The notes below the pieces were generated by a model. It searched no databases and was not told where the DNA came from. It was given only the letters and a program-made list of their open reading frames with translations. Positions 32,904 to 43,984 of a DNA stretch of 64,000 nucleotides are shown piece by piece. The position numbers and the translations under genes are program-made. The DNA comes from an uncultured Bacilli bacterium (GTDB lineage Bacteria > Bacillota_I > Bacilli_A > RF39 > UBA660). Within the stretch, counting starts at the first letter, position 1. Each line of letters opens with the position of its first letter. Where the stretch lies: positions 27,840 through 91,839 of the forward strand of contig CALVRH010000002.1 in NCBI GenBank assembly GCA_944358535.1, read 5' to 3'.

Positions 32904-33367
32904 GATTAATTTGCTATTATTCTTATACTGGTAATACGAGAGCTTTAGCTTATAAAATTAAAGAAAAATATGGTTATGATATATGTGAAATTAAACCAGT
33001 AAAACCTTATAGTGATGATTATGATATGGTAGTTAATGAAGCTCAAGAGGAAGTTAATATGAATTATCAACCTGAAATACAAGATTTGAATGTTGATTTA
33101 GATAAATATGACACGATAATATTGATGATGCCAGTTTGGTGGTATACATTTGCTTCACCGGTTAATACTTTTTTACATAAATATGATTTATCTGGAAAGG
33201 TGATTTATGCTGTTGCTACTAATGGAGGTTGGTTAGGACATACTTTTGAAGATATTGAAAGAGTGTGTAAGGTAAGTATTAAAGATAAAGTTAGTTTAAA
33301 ATATAATAATGATGAATTATTAGAGGAAGGTAAGTTTAATAGTTTTATAGAAAGGATTGGTAAATAA
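32900..33367 (+). CDS. flavodoxin-like protein
   Basis: 155 aa starting YSYTGNTRALA. Translationally coupled to merR. Confidence 0.55.
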   Translation: MRLICYYSYTGNTRALAYKIKEKYGYDICEIKPVKPYSDDYDMVVNEAQEEVNMNYQPEIQDLNVDLDKYDTIILMMPVWWYTFASPVNTFLHKYDLSGKVIYAVATNGGWLGHTFEDIERVCKVSIKDKVSLKYNNDELLEEGKFNSFIERIGK

Positions 33368-33691
33368 ATGGTTAAACAGACTGCAGGAAGAGATATTTTA
33401 GGGGATTTTGCTCCTAAATTTGCTGAACTTAATGATGATGTTTTATTTGGTGAAGTATGGTCTAGAGAAGATAAACTTTCTTTAAGAGATCGTTCACTTG
33501 TTACAGTAGTGGCCTTAATGAGTAAGGGAATTTTAGATTCTAGTTTTCAAAGTCATTTAATTAATGCGAAGAAAAATGGTATTACTAAAGATGAGATGGC
33601 TGAAATTTTAACCCATGCGGCTTTTTATGCTGGATGGCCAAATGCTTGGGCTGCATTTAGAATGGCTAAGGAGGTTTATAAAGATGAATAA
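33368..33691 (+). CDS. carboxymuconolactone decarboxylase-family protein
   Basis: 107 aa with VWSREDKLSLRDRSLVTVVALM and HAAFYAGWP. Confidence 0.65.
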   Translation: MVKQTAGRDILGDFAPKFAELNDDVLFGEVWSREDKLSLRDRSLVTVVALMSKGILDSSFQSHLINAKKNGITKDEMAEILTHAAFYAGWPNAWAAFRMAKEVYKDE

Positions 33692-34112
33692 AGAAGAATT
33701 TGAAAAGGTAAATGTTTTTGGTTTAGGTAATCCTAATGATGCTTTTGCACAGTATTTTATAGGTCAAAGTTATTTAAATCCTTTGACTGATTTAAATGAA
33801 ACAAGTTTATTTTTAGCAAATGTTACTTTTGAACCAGGATGCAGAAATAACTGGCATATTCATCATGCATCTAATGGTGGTGGACAGTTATTAATATGTA
33901 CAGCTGGATATGGCTGGTATCAAGAAGAAGGAAAAGAGGCTATTAGTTTGGAACCGGGTAAGGTTATTACGATACCAGCTAATGTTAAGCATTGGCACGG
34001 TGCTAAGAAAGATTCATGGTTTAGTCATATTGCTATTGAGGTTCCTAGTAAAGATACTACTAATGAGTGGTGTGAGGCAGTTAGTGATGAAGAATATAAT
34101 AAATTGGGCTAA
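33684..34112 (+). CDS. cupin-domain protein
   Basis: NWHIHH...HWHGA cupin motifs. ATG at 33684 follows AGGAGG; the longer ORF-track start overlaps the previous gene. Confidence 0.65.
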   Translation: MNKEEFEKVNVFGLGNPNDAFAQYFIGQSYLNPLTDLNETSLFLANVTFEPGCRNNWHIHHASNGGGQLLICTAGYGWYQEEGKEAISLEPGKVITIPANVKHWHGAKKDSWFSHIAIEVPSKDTTNEWCEAVSDEEYNKLG

Positions 34113-34139
34113 TGCTCAATTTTTTGGTATAATTTTATT

Positions 34140-35018
34140 ATGATATTAAATGTTAGTGGAAGAACAGATATTGTAGCTTTTTATAGTAAGTGGTTTATGA
34201 ATAGGTATAATGAGGGTTATGTTGATGTGCGTAATCCTTTTTATCCTAAACTAGTTAGTAGGATATATTTTGATGATGTTGATTTGATTGTTTTTTGTAC
34301 AAAGAATCCTTTACCTATTTTAGATAATTTAAACAAGATTAATAAACCAATTATTTTTCATGTAACTTTAACTCCTTATGGAAAGGATATAGAACCTAAT
34401 GTTATTCCAAAAGGAAAAATTATAGAAGCTATAAAAAAATTATCTAATATGATTGGTGTGGATAATGTATATGTTAGATATGATCCTATATTAATTAACG
34501 AAAAATATGATATTAATTTTCATATAAAATCTTTTAAAAGCTTATGTGAAAAGTTAAATGGATATATTAAACATATTATTGTATCATTTGTAGATGATTA
34601 TAAAAATGTTAGAAATAATATGGAAGTTTTAAAATTAATAAAATTTGATGATAATATTTATAAAATTATTGGTGAAAATTTTAGTAAGATTGCTAGCAAT
34701 AATGGAATGACTGTACAGACGTGCTTTGAAAAAAATGATTTATCAGAGTATGGCTTTATTTCTAGTCCTTGTGTTTCTAAAGAACTTGCATTTTCTTTAA
34801 CTGGGAAAAAGTTTCCTAAGTGGAAGGCACGTGATTGTGGATGTGCCGAAATGGTGGATATTGGGATTTATAATACGTGTAAGCATTTTTGTAAGTATTG
34901 TTATGCAAATTATGATGAGAAAAAAGTAATGGATAATGTGAAAAAGCATGATGATGATTCTTCACTTTTGATTGGCTATTTAAATAAAAATGATGAAATT
35001 AAAATTAGGAAAAAATAA
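34140..35018 (+). CDS. DUF1848-family protein
   Basis: 292 aa starting LNVSGRTDIVAFYSKWFMNRY, with a C-terminal Cys cluster CKHFCKYCYA. Confidence 0.55.
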   Translation: MILNVSGRTDIVAFYSKWFMNRYNEGYVDVRNPFYPKLVSRIYFDDVDLIVFCTKNPLPILDNLNKINKPIIFHVTLTPYGKDIEPNVIPKGKIIEAIKKLSNMIGVDNVYVRYDPILINEKYDINFHIKSFKSLCEKLNGYIKHIIVSFVDDYKNVRNNMEVLKLIKFDDNIYKIIGENFSKIASNNGMTVQTCFEKNDLSEYGFISSPCVSKELAFSLTGKKFPKWKARDCGCAEMVDIGIYNTCKHFCKYCYANYDEKKVMDNVKKHDDDSSLLIGYLNKNDEIKIRKK

Positions 35019-35258
35019 TTTACATTTTATTTACATATTATTATGTTTTTATATAAATTTTCAATAATATTACTTTTTAATATTTTAAAATAAACACTTT
35101 ATTTTATTAACATTTACTTTATATTTTTGAATAAAATGATATATATTGCTTTAAAAGGTAATAAAATGTAAAAAAATGTTATGTTAAATTAGTTATTCGC
35201 TGTTTGTGGGGTACTAAATTTTAATTAGTTTTGATATTCTTTTTTTGAGGTGGGAAAA

Positions 35259-36401
35259 ATGGATACTTTGAAAATCGGAAAGTTTATTGCACTTAAGAGA
35301 AAAGAAAAAAATATGACACAGGAAGAGTTAGCTCGAGTTTTGGGGGTGACTAATAAAACTGTATCAAGGTGGGAAAATGGAAATTATATGCCTGATTTAT
35401 CTTTACTAAAACCTTTAAGTGAAACTTTGGGTGTTAGTTTAAATGCACTTTTAAGTGGAGAAGAAGATGTGGATGTTCAAAAAGCTGATGAAAATATTTC
35501 TAACATTACTAATTATTCTAACTTGGTAATTAAAAAGATTTTTAAAAATATTTATATATTTGTTATGTTTTTGGGTTTATTTTTAATTATTTCGGCTTTA
35601 ATTGTTACTTCTCCAGAAAGTAGCTGGGGGGCAATTTATACAGCTATTGGTTTATGCGTGTTTATAGCTGGTTTTAATAGATGTTTAAAAAATTATAAAG
35701 TTATTTGGCAGTGGATTTTGACTTTAGGTGTTACTTTATTATGTTTGGGTTGTTTGTTATTTTTTGATTATTTGAACGTTATAGAAAATAAAAGTGTTCC
35801 TAGGTTTAGGTTGACTGTTACTTATACTAGTGATGATATAATAAAATATGAAACTTTATTTTATAATGTTTTTAGAATAAATCATGATACTTCAAATGAA
35901 TATTATATTGTGGATAATTTAAAGAAATATGATTTTTCCACAGTACCTAGAAGTCCATTTAATAGAGATTTGAGTGGTATTGATAATATTATAAAATATA
36001 AAAGTAAATATATAGGTGATAATAGTAATACTGGTAATTTAATTAATTCTTTACCACTTGCTGATTATGGTTATGTTTTTGAAATTGATGATAATAAGTT
36101 GATAGTAGATTATCATATGACAGATTGGTATTTGAATGATGATTTATATGTAAATAAAGCTTTAATATATAATAGTGTTTCTTTATTTGCTTTAATTAAT
36201 AATTTAGAAAGTATTACATATAATTTCAGTGGCTCTTCTTATTATGTGGATAGAGATGATATAGAAAATAATTATCCTAATTATTTTAAAGTTTTTGTTG
36301 ATGACAAAATAAATAAGAATAATTTTAATAAGTATGTTGAAAACCTTATGAATGATGAAGATTTTATAAAAAATAATTTTAAAAAAATGTTTAAAAGTTA
36401 A
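35259..36401 (+). CDS. membrane-bound XRE-family HTH protein with DUF4825-like extracytoplasmic domain
   Basis: HTH MTQEELARVLGVTNKTVSRWENG, three or four TM helices, C-terminal KYIGDNSNTGNLINSLPLADYG. Confidence 0.65.
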   Translation: MDTLKIGKFIALKRKEKNMTQEELARVLGVTNKTVSRWENGNYMPDLSLLKPLSETLGVSLNALLSGEEDVDVQKADENISNITNYSNLVIKKIFKNIYIFVMFLGLFLIISALIVTSPESSWGAIYTAIGLCVFIAGFNRCLKNYKVIWQWILTLGVTLLCLGCLLFFDYLNVIENKSVPRFRLTVTYTSDDIIKYETLFYNVFRINHDTSNEYYIVDNLKKYDFSTVPRSPFNRDLSGIDNIIKYKSKYIGDNSNTGNLINSLPLADYGYVFEIDDNKLIVDYHMTDWYLNDDLYVNKALIYNSVSLFALINNLESITYNFSGSSYYVDRDDIENNYPNYFKVFVDDKINKNNFNKYVENLMNDEDFIKNNFKKMFKS

Positions 36402-36458
36402 ATTTGACAAAAATTTCTGATGTTATATAATATTTTCCGTATTTAAAGGGGGAATATT

Positions 36459-36932
36459 ATGACTTTTAATAATATAAATTTACAAGGTAAAAAGGTTTTT
36501 GGTATATTTGAATCAAATTCTAAAAAAATTTCAGTTAAAAATGAAATTGTTTCTTTTGCGGCAGATTATTGGGCTGATGCTATAGAAAATGCTGAAGATA
36601 AACAAATTAGTTATCAAATGGGTAATGGAGTGATAACTTTATCTGATAAAGAAATAGATAGATTTAAAAAATCTTTTATTAATTATGTTTCAAAGATTTT
36701 TCCGAATGAAGGTAGTATTATGCTTTGGACTTCTGATGGAACTCATTTTGAAGATGTTGGGACAGATGCTTATTTACCAGAAATTATGAAAAATTGTAAT
36801 TTACCATTAATATGTTTACCTAGTGATTTATGTATGTGGATATCTTCTAATAAAATTGTTGTGGAAAATGATTTTAATCAAGAAGTAATTTATGATACGA
36901 ATAAAAAGCAAAATAAAAATGGACTTTTGTAA
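36459..36932 (+). CDS. hypothetical protein
   Basis: 157-aa ORF with GGGGGA SD. No recognisable motif. Confidence 0.35.
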   Translation: MTFNNINLQGKKVFGIFESNSKKISVKNEIVSFAADYWADAIENAEDKQISYQMGNGVITLSDKEIDRFKKSFINYVSKIFPNEGSIMLWTSDGTHFEDVGTDAYLPEIMKNCNLPLICLPSDLCMWISSNKIVVENDFNQEVIYDTNKKQNKNGLL

Positions 36933-36940
36933 GCCCGTTT

Positions 36941-37966
36941 TTATTTTTTTGGATCAATCATAATTTTTACCGCATCATCTGTTCCACTTGTTAATCTTTC
37001 ATAAGCTTTTTGGGTTTCTTCAAGTGGTACAATATCATCGACAAATTTCATAACATCTATTTTTTTATTTGCCATTAAACTTATACAATTTTTAAATTCT
37101 TCTTTTGTATATGCGATTGCACCTTTAATTGTTAATTCTTTCATAACCGCAATTACAGATGCAAATTCTATTGGTTTAGGTGATACACCAACTAAGACAA
37201 TTGTTCCACCTGGTCTAACTGTCATTAATTCACTTTCTACAGCTTTAGTAGTACCAGAACAGTCTATTACAACATCAAATCCATTAGGAATTTTAGTAAA
37301 AATATTATTTAAAAAGTTTTCATCTTTAGCATCGAACCAATCATCAGCAACATTTAGTTTTACTGATTTTTTGCCTCTAGCTTCATTTGTTTCACTTACG
37401 GCAACAAATTCAGCACCTTCTAGTTTAGCAAACATAGCTGAGACTAGACCGATAATCCCACCACCAACAATTAAAACTTTATCTCCGACTCTAATGTCAG
37501 CTAAATGAACAGCATGTAAGCCAACTGCTGTTGGTTCAACCATTGCACCCTCTTCATCTGTAATATTATCTGGTAATTTTAATACCATGTCTGGTCTTAT
37601 TGCTATTGTGCTTGTTAATCCGCCTGGATTATCTAATGATAGTCCAATGGCATGAGTCCAAGTTTCTGAACAATACTGTGGATTTCCTGTTTCACATGCT
37701 TCACAGTTCCCGCATGGTGAGATAGGTAGAGCAGTTACTCTATCTCCAATTTTTAAATCTGTTCTACTACCAGGATTTACAACTTTACCTGTAAATTCAT
37801 GTCCCATTATTAAACCTTTAGGTTCTCCAGCATCCCAGTTATGGATATCTGAACCACATATTCCGGTTTTTATTATGTCAATTATTACTTTGTTATTATC
37901 TGGTTTTGGAGCATCTACATCGGCTATTTTAAATTTCTTTATATCTTCTAATATTGCAGCTTTCAT
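36941..37966 (-). CDS. zinc-dependent medium-chain alcohol/polyol dehydrogenase
   Basis: GICGSDIH, GHEFTG, structural zinc CGNCEACETG, NAD fold VGGGIIGL. Confidence 0.85.
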   Translation of the reverse strand: MKAAILEDIKKFKIADVDAPKPDNNKVIIDIIKTGICGSDIHNWDAGEPKGLIMGHEFTGKVVNPGSRTDLKIGDRVTALPISPCGNCEACETGNPQYCSETWTHAIGLSLDNPGGLTSTIAIRPDMVLKLPDNITDEEGAMVEPTAVGLHAVHLADIRVGDKVLIVGGGIIGLVSAMFAKLEGAEFVAVSETNEARGKKSVKLNVADDWFDAKDENFLNNIFTKIPNGFDVVIDCSGTTKAVESELMTVRPGGTIVLVGVSPKPIEFASVIAVMKELTIKGAIAYTKEEFKNCISLMANKKIDVMKFVDDIVPLEETQKAYERLTSGTDDAVKIMIDPKK

Positions 37967-38057
37967 TATATCCCTCCATTATGATTATAACATTTGTTAA
38001 ATTATGAAGAATAAAAAAATTAAAAATATTTTTAAATTTTACTTTTAGTATACTAAA

Positions 38058-38085
38058 AGTAGTATGCAATTTTATGCATACTACT
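38058..38085 (-). terminator. hairpin downstream of the collagen-like gene
   Basis: AGTAGTATGCA-6 nt-TGCATACTACT followed by TTT on the minus strand. Confidence 0.45.
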
Positions 38086-38094
38086 TAATTGTAA

Positions 38095-39180
<1,086 letters not shown>

Positions 39181-39188
39181 TTAAGATT

Positions 39189-39710
39189 ATGAAAAAGGTT
39201 AGTATATTATTTTTCGGGTTAATTTTATTGTTTGTTGGTTGTTCAAATAAAGAAGAAGTTAAAACGGAAGATTTATCTTTAAAAGAAATTGAAAAAACTT
39301 TAAAAGAAAATGAGAATTCTATAAAAGAGTTATTACAAGAGAATAAAGAATTAGAACAAAAAGTTGAAAATTTAAATAAAGAGAATAGCCAACTTAATGA
39401 AAAAATTTCTTTGTTAGAAAAAAGTGATGAATCAATTAATGATGATATTAATAAAAAATATCAAGAATTAAAAAACAGTAATACTAATAGTACAAAAGTT
39501 GTATCTACTAATAATTATACTATTTCTAAAAATCAATTAATTGGAAATTGGAAATATTTAAATAATAAAAATGAAATAAGTTTTACTAATAATAATGTTG
39601 AAGTGTATGGAAATTGGATTATATATAATGGATATCAAGCTGTTTATTATATGTATAAAGATGGTAAGTTATATATTACAGATGATGGCGTTGTAATGTT
39701 GAAAAAATAA
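39189..39710 (+). CDS. lipoprotein with coiled-coil region
   Basis: Lipobox LFVGC, then heptad-like KELEQKVENLNKENSQLNEKISLLEK. Confidence 0.6.
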   Translation: MKKVSILFFGLILLFVGCSNKEEVKTEDLSLKEIEKTLKENENSIKELLQENKELEQKVENLNKENSQLNEKISLLEKSDESINDDINKKYQELKNSNTNSTKVVSTNNYTISKNQLIGNWKYLNNKNEISFTNNNVEVYGNWIIYNGYQAVYYMYKDGKLYITDDGVVMLKK

Positions 39711-39765
39711 AAATATTTTTCTAATAAATGTGGTAAAATAATATTATTTCGAGGTGAAAAATAAA

Positions 39766-40209
39766 ATGGATAAATTAGATAGATTTATTAAAGCACAGGA
39801 AAATACATATTATATAGCTTTAAATGAAATAAAGAATGGTAGAAAGAGGTCACATTGGATGTGGTATATTTTTCCACAGATAAAAGGTCTTGGTATGAGT
39901 GATGCTTCTAGATTTTATGGAATAGATGGTGTTATAGAGGCTAGAGCATATTTGGATAATGAAATATTAGGCGCTAGATTACGTGAAATAACAGGTGAAC
40001 TTTTAAAACTTAATGAAAATAATCCTTTTGATATTTTTGGAACAATTGATACGATTAAGTTAAAATCTTGTATGACTTTATTTAATTATGTTTCTGATGA
40101 AGATATTTTTATGGATGTTTTAGAAAAATTTTATAATGGAGAGATAGATGATAAAACAATTTTTCTTTGTGAAAAAGGGAAAAGTTTAACATATAAGAAT
40201 AAAAAATAA
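39766..40209 (+). CDS. DUF1810-family protein
   Basis: [40 protein letters not shown] is typical of DUF1810. Confidence 0.6.
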   Translation: MDKLDRFIKAQENTYYIALNEIKNGRKRSHWMWYIFPQIKGLGMSDASRFYGIDGVIEARAYLDNEILGARLREITGELLKLNENNPFDIFGTIDTIKLKSCMTLFNYVSDEDIFMDVLEKFYNGEIDDKTIFLCEKGKSLTYKNKK

Positions 40210-40241
40210 AAGATGACATTATTATAGTGAGGAGGAATTTT

Positions 40242-40517
40242 GTGTTCGATTTAGTATCTAAATTTGATCCGAGTGGTGATCAACCACAGGCAATAGATGA
40301 ACTTGTTAAAGGAGTAGAGGAAGGAAAAAAATTCCAAGTATTATTGGGGGCAACGGGTACTGGTAAGACTTTTACGATAGCTAATGTTATTCAAAAAACT
40401 CAAAAGCCAACGCTTGTTTTAGCTCATAATAAGACACTAGCTGGACAGTTATATGGAGAACTCAAAGAGCTCTTCCCAAATAATCACGTGTGCTATTTCG
40501 TTTCTTATTATGATTAA
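40242..40517 (+). pseudogene. uvrB: uvrB 5' stub 1 (codons 1-91, ends at the element junction)
   Basis: GTG start after GAGGAGG. The 91 codons match the N-terminus of the intact UvrB at 51785 almost exactly and include Walker A GATGTGKT. The stop is created at the junction TATTATGATTA-A. Confidence 0.9.
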
Positions 40518-40569
40518 AATAAAAAAACGTTGAAAAATAAGGTTTTTTGATGTTATTAAATCTATAAAA

Positions 40570-41784
40570 ATGTACAAAAAAATACCAAATTCAGAAGTTC
40601 CTAAATTTAAAGCTACATATACTGATACAATAAGTGTTTATATTGTGCCATCTGACATTGCTGTTGCTATTGAAAATTTGAATGAAAGAGATATAGATTC
40701 TAGGGAATTGGAAAAGCGAATCTCTGATATAAAAAATGAATTGGCATTTTTTTCTGAATTAAATACTAATTGTTTTGATTATATTTTAGTTAATGATTAT
40801 AATATTTATAGTGTAAAAGAATTTAATGATTTTATTTCCAAGACGTTAAATATTAATATTAATAAAGATTTACAAGATAATGATTTTTTGAATTATATTC
40901 CATCTGATATAAAAAAAGAAGTAGATGAATTTGTTACAAAGGCGAAAAAGTCAATTCTATATACTTCATTTGATGGTGACGATATGCATTATTTAAATGA
41001 TATATGTAATGATGTGATAAATAGAGAAGAAATACCACTAAATCCAGAAGCAGCTTTAGGTTATTATGTATCCACTGTAACTCTTGGTGGTACAAAACAA
41101 AAAGTGATGGCAGATTGTTTAACTTTAGAAATGTTATCTGATAAATTGTATGTTTATCGAAATGATGATGTAGATATATCTGAAGGAATTATTGCCGAAT
41201 TGATACTTTGGAATATTATTAAAAATCAAGGCTTTTCTTTTATACATGATGTTAGAAGATTAGAAAATCCTAAAGATGATATTTTAAGTGGAAGTGAACT
41301 TAGCCAATGGATTAGCAGTCAAGATTCTGTGTTGAATCAAGAACTGTTTCACAATTTATTAAATAGTTATATGAAACAAAATCATGAATCAGTTTATATT
41401 ATTGCGAATTTTAAAAATTTTAAACACATTGATTGGGCAAGAGCATATTGTTATGATAGTGACTTATGTCCTATAAGTCCTCAAAACATTCTACCTTTTT
41501 CATTATATAAGAATGATGAAAACAATTATTTAGAGTCTAGATTAAATTTACTAGACAGAGTGAATCAAGTATTTCTATTTATTGATAGATTTAATGAGAA
41601 AGAGGAAATAAAAAATTTAGATAAGTTTTCTTTAGCAGAGTTATATTATTTAAAGGAATATTGCCCTAATAAAATGTTTACTATAATTGGTTGGAATCAA
41701 GCTAATGTTCCAAAATATGACAAAGGTAAAAAATGGTCGTTGACAAGTAAGGAAGATATTAAGGTTAGAAGGTTGGTAAAATAG
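40570..41784 (+). CDS. multidomain protein: guanylate-kinase C-terminal-like segment plus two nucleoside 2-deoxyribosyltransferase/DUF4406-like modules
   Basis: The first ~95 aa resemble the lid/C-terminal part of Gmk (VYIVPSD...FDYILVNDYNIYSVKEF) without a P-loop. Two repeats follow the pattern ILYTSF..IPLNPE..SDKLYVY..SEGIIAEL and VYIIANF..PISPQ..VFLFID..SLAELYY. No clear SD. Confidence 0.4.
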   Translation: MYKKIPNSEVPKFKATYTDTISVYIVPSDIAVAIENLNERDIDSRELEKRISDIKNELAFFSELNTNCFDYILVNDYNIYSVKEFNDFISKTLNININKDLQDNDFLNYIPSDIKKEVDEFVTKAKKSILYTSFDGDDMHYLNDICNDVINREEIPLNPEAALGYYVSTVTLGGTKQKVMADCLTLEMLSDKLYVYRNDDVDISEGIIAELILWNIIKNQGFSFIHDVRRLENPKDDILSGSELSQWISSQDSVLNQELFHNLLNSYMKQNHESVYIIANFKNFKHIDWARAYCYDSDLCPISPQNILPFSLYKNDENNYLESRLNLLDRVNQVFLFIDRFNEKEEIKNLDKFSLAELYYLKEYCPNKMFTIIGWNQANVPKYDKGKKWSLTSKEDIKVRRLVK

Positions 41785-41820
41785 TTTTTTCATGTTATAA
41801 TCAAATATAGGTGTTTAAAT

Positions 41821-42594
41821 ATGAAAATAATAAATAATGATGAAAAAATTAATAATGTGTTAAAAGTTTTTTTACCAACAGTAGAACAAGATTATAGTAT
41901 TTTAAAAGGTAATTTGTTAAAAGAAGCTGAAAAAAGTTTTATTTATGATAATCCTAATGCTTTTGTGATAGGTTTAATATCTGATCAATCGGTTAAAGCA
42001 GAGTTGGCGTGGAGTTTACCTTATAATTTATATAAGAGATTGGGTACTTTTAATTTTAAAAATATAGTACAAAACTTTGATGTTGAGTCTTTAGAAAAAG
42101 TTATCAAAGAAAAGCCTGCATTACATAGGTATCCAAATAGAATGGCGAATTATATATTTTTTGCAATGAAGAAAATATTGGAAGATTATAATAATGATGC
42201 ACAAAAAATTTGGAAAAATCAACAGGCTAGTGTTATTGTGAAAAGACTAGAAGAATTTAAAGGAATTAGTCATAAAAAAGCTTCTCTAGGAACATTAATT
42301 TTAATTCGTGATTTAGGAGTAGATATTGAAGATAAACAAAATATTGATATTGCTTATGATGTACATATTCGACGAATCTTTTTAAGAATGGGTTTGGTTG
42401 AAAAAGATACACAGGAAGATATTATAAATAAAGCAAAGCAAATTAATCCTAAATTTCCTGGCGAATTGACTACTTCATTTTGGGCTATTGGTAGAAAATA
42501 CTGTTTTGCAAATAATCCGAGTTGTGAAGCGTGTCCGTTAAATCATTATTGTAGAGAGTATAAATTGAAAACAACTATGAAAGTGGGTGCGTAA
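41821..42594 (+). CDS. HhH-GPD superfamily (endonuclease III-like) DNA glycosylase homologue with Fe-S cluster loop
   Basis: HhH FKGISHKKASLGTLILIRDLGV, Asp-containing YDVHIRRIFLRMGL (cf. VDTHVxR) and Cys loop CFANNPSCEACPLNHYC. Confidence 0.55.
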   Translation: MKIINNDEKINNVLKVFLPTVEQDYSILKGNLLKEAEKSFIYDNPNAFVIGLISDQSVKAELAWSLPYNLYKRLGTFNFKNIVQNFDVESLEKVIKEKPALHRYPNRMANYIFFAMKKILEDYNNDAQKIWKNQQASVIVKRLEEFKGISHKKASLGTLILIRDLGVDIEDKQNIDIAYDVHIRRIFLRMGLVEKDTQEDIINKAKQINPKFPGELTTSFWAIGRKYCFANNPSCEACPLNHYCREYKLKTTMKVGA

Positions 42595-43174
42595 TTTGAA
42601 ATTAATATTAGCTTCTTCGTCTAAAATGAGAAAAGAAATATTACAAAAGGTTGGTTTGAAGTTTACAGTAATTAGTAGTGATGTTGATGAGCAAACGAGT
42701 GCTAATACAAATGAAGAATATTTGATTAATTTATCTAAATTAAAAGCAAATAAAATTGCTTCATCTTTATCTGAAGGTGTAGTTATTGGGGCTGATTCTA
42801 TGATATGTTTTAATGGAAAAAGAATTGGAAAACCTAAAACTAAAGAAGAAGCAAGTAGAATTTTAAAAGAATTATCTGGGAAAGTTAATTATGCTTTAAC
42901 CGGAGTTACTATTTTGGATTTATATACTGGTAAAAGCGTGTGCTTTTGTGAAAAAACGAAAGTTTATTTTGATGAATTGTCTGATGAGGAAATAGAATGG
43001 TATATAAATAATGAGGAACATATTTTAGAACGTGCAGGATATTCGTTGGCTGGAAAAACAGCAGTGTTTATTCCTAGAATAGATGGAGATTATTATAATG
43101 TTTTGGGTATGCCTATATGTAGAGTTTATAAGGAATTAAAAAAACTTGGTTATAATTTGTCTGATTTCGAGTAA
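42587..43174 (+). CDS. maf: Maf-family nucleoside triphosphate pyrophosphatase
   Basis: LILASSSKMRKEILQKVGLKF..SDVDE, GADSM, YNVLGMP. Start is either GTG 42587 or TTG 42595. Confidence 0.8.
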   Translation: MRNLKLILASSSKMRKEILQKVGLKFTVISSDVDEQTSANTNEEYLINLSKLKANKIASSLSEGVVIGADSMICFNGKRIGKPKTKEEASRILKELSGKVNYALTGVTILDLYTGKSVCFCEKTKVYFDELSDEEIEWYINNEEHILERAGYSLAGKTAVFIPRIDGDYYNVLGMPICRVYKELKKLGYNLSDFE

Positions 43175-43453
43175 AAATATTATTATTGAAAGAAAATAAT
43201 AATATTTTTTTATAAATATTTTTAATTGTAGTGATGTATTGTTGTTTTATACTATTATAAATGATAAAATATCTAATAGCTTTAAAATTAGTGTTATTTG
43301 CTTCAAGTAATATTATTTAGTTATTTTATATGATGTTTAGTAAATTTGTGACTTTTTCGCGTTGCGAAGTTAAAAATAGTCAAAATTTGAGTAAAAAAAT
43401 TAGTGACTTTTTGAAAAAATATGCTGATAATTGTCATAATAAGGAGGGATTTT

Positions 43454-43729
43454 GTGTTCGATTTAGTATCTAAATTTGATCCTAGTGGTGATCAACCAGA
43501 GGCAATAGATGAACTTGTTAAAGGAGTAGAGGAAGGCAAGAAATTCCAAGTATTACTGGGCGCAACGGGTACTGGTAAGACTTTTACGATAGCTAATGTT
43601 ATTCAAAAAACGCAAAAACCAACACTTGTTTTAGCTCACAATAAGACACTAGCTGGACAGTTATATGGGGAACTTAAGGAACTCTTCCCAAATAATCATG
43701 TTTGTTATTTCGTCAGTTATTATGATTAA
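43454..43729 (+). pseudogene. uvrB: uvrB 5' stub 2 (codons 1-91)
   Basis: GTG start after AAGGAGGG. About 93-95% nucleotide identity by eye to the other two copies, with mostly synonymous changes. Same junction stop. Confidence 0.9.
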
Positions 43730-43984
43730 AATAAAAAAAACGTTGAAAAATAAGGCTTTTTAATGTTATTTAATTCATAAAAATGTATAAAATAGTACTA
43801 AAAAAACGAAATAATATAAGCTGAAAACATAGAATTTGTGACCTTTATGCGTTGCAAAATGGAATTACGAATTTTATTAATATGAAACTATAATTTTTTA
43901 TAACATATTTTTGCTTGTGTACATAGCCATTTTATTTTATAAGATGGCTAATTTTTTTTATGGAAAGGAGGGTGAAAAATATTA

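Larger units (their letters stand above)
40517..43728 (+). mobile_element. decayed uvrB-targeting integrative element E1 (no integrase left)
   Basis: Bounded by the 11-bp core TATTATGATTA at 40506-40516 and 43718-43728. Its ~75-bp left arm and its right arm (upstream leader plus uvrB 5' copy) are homologous to those of E2. Confidence 0.65.
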
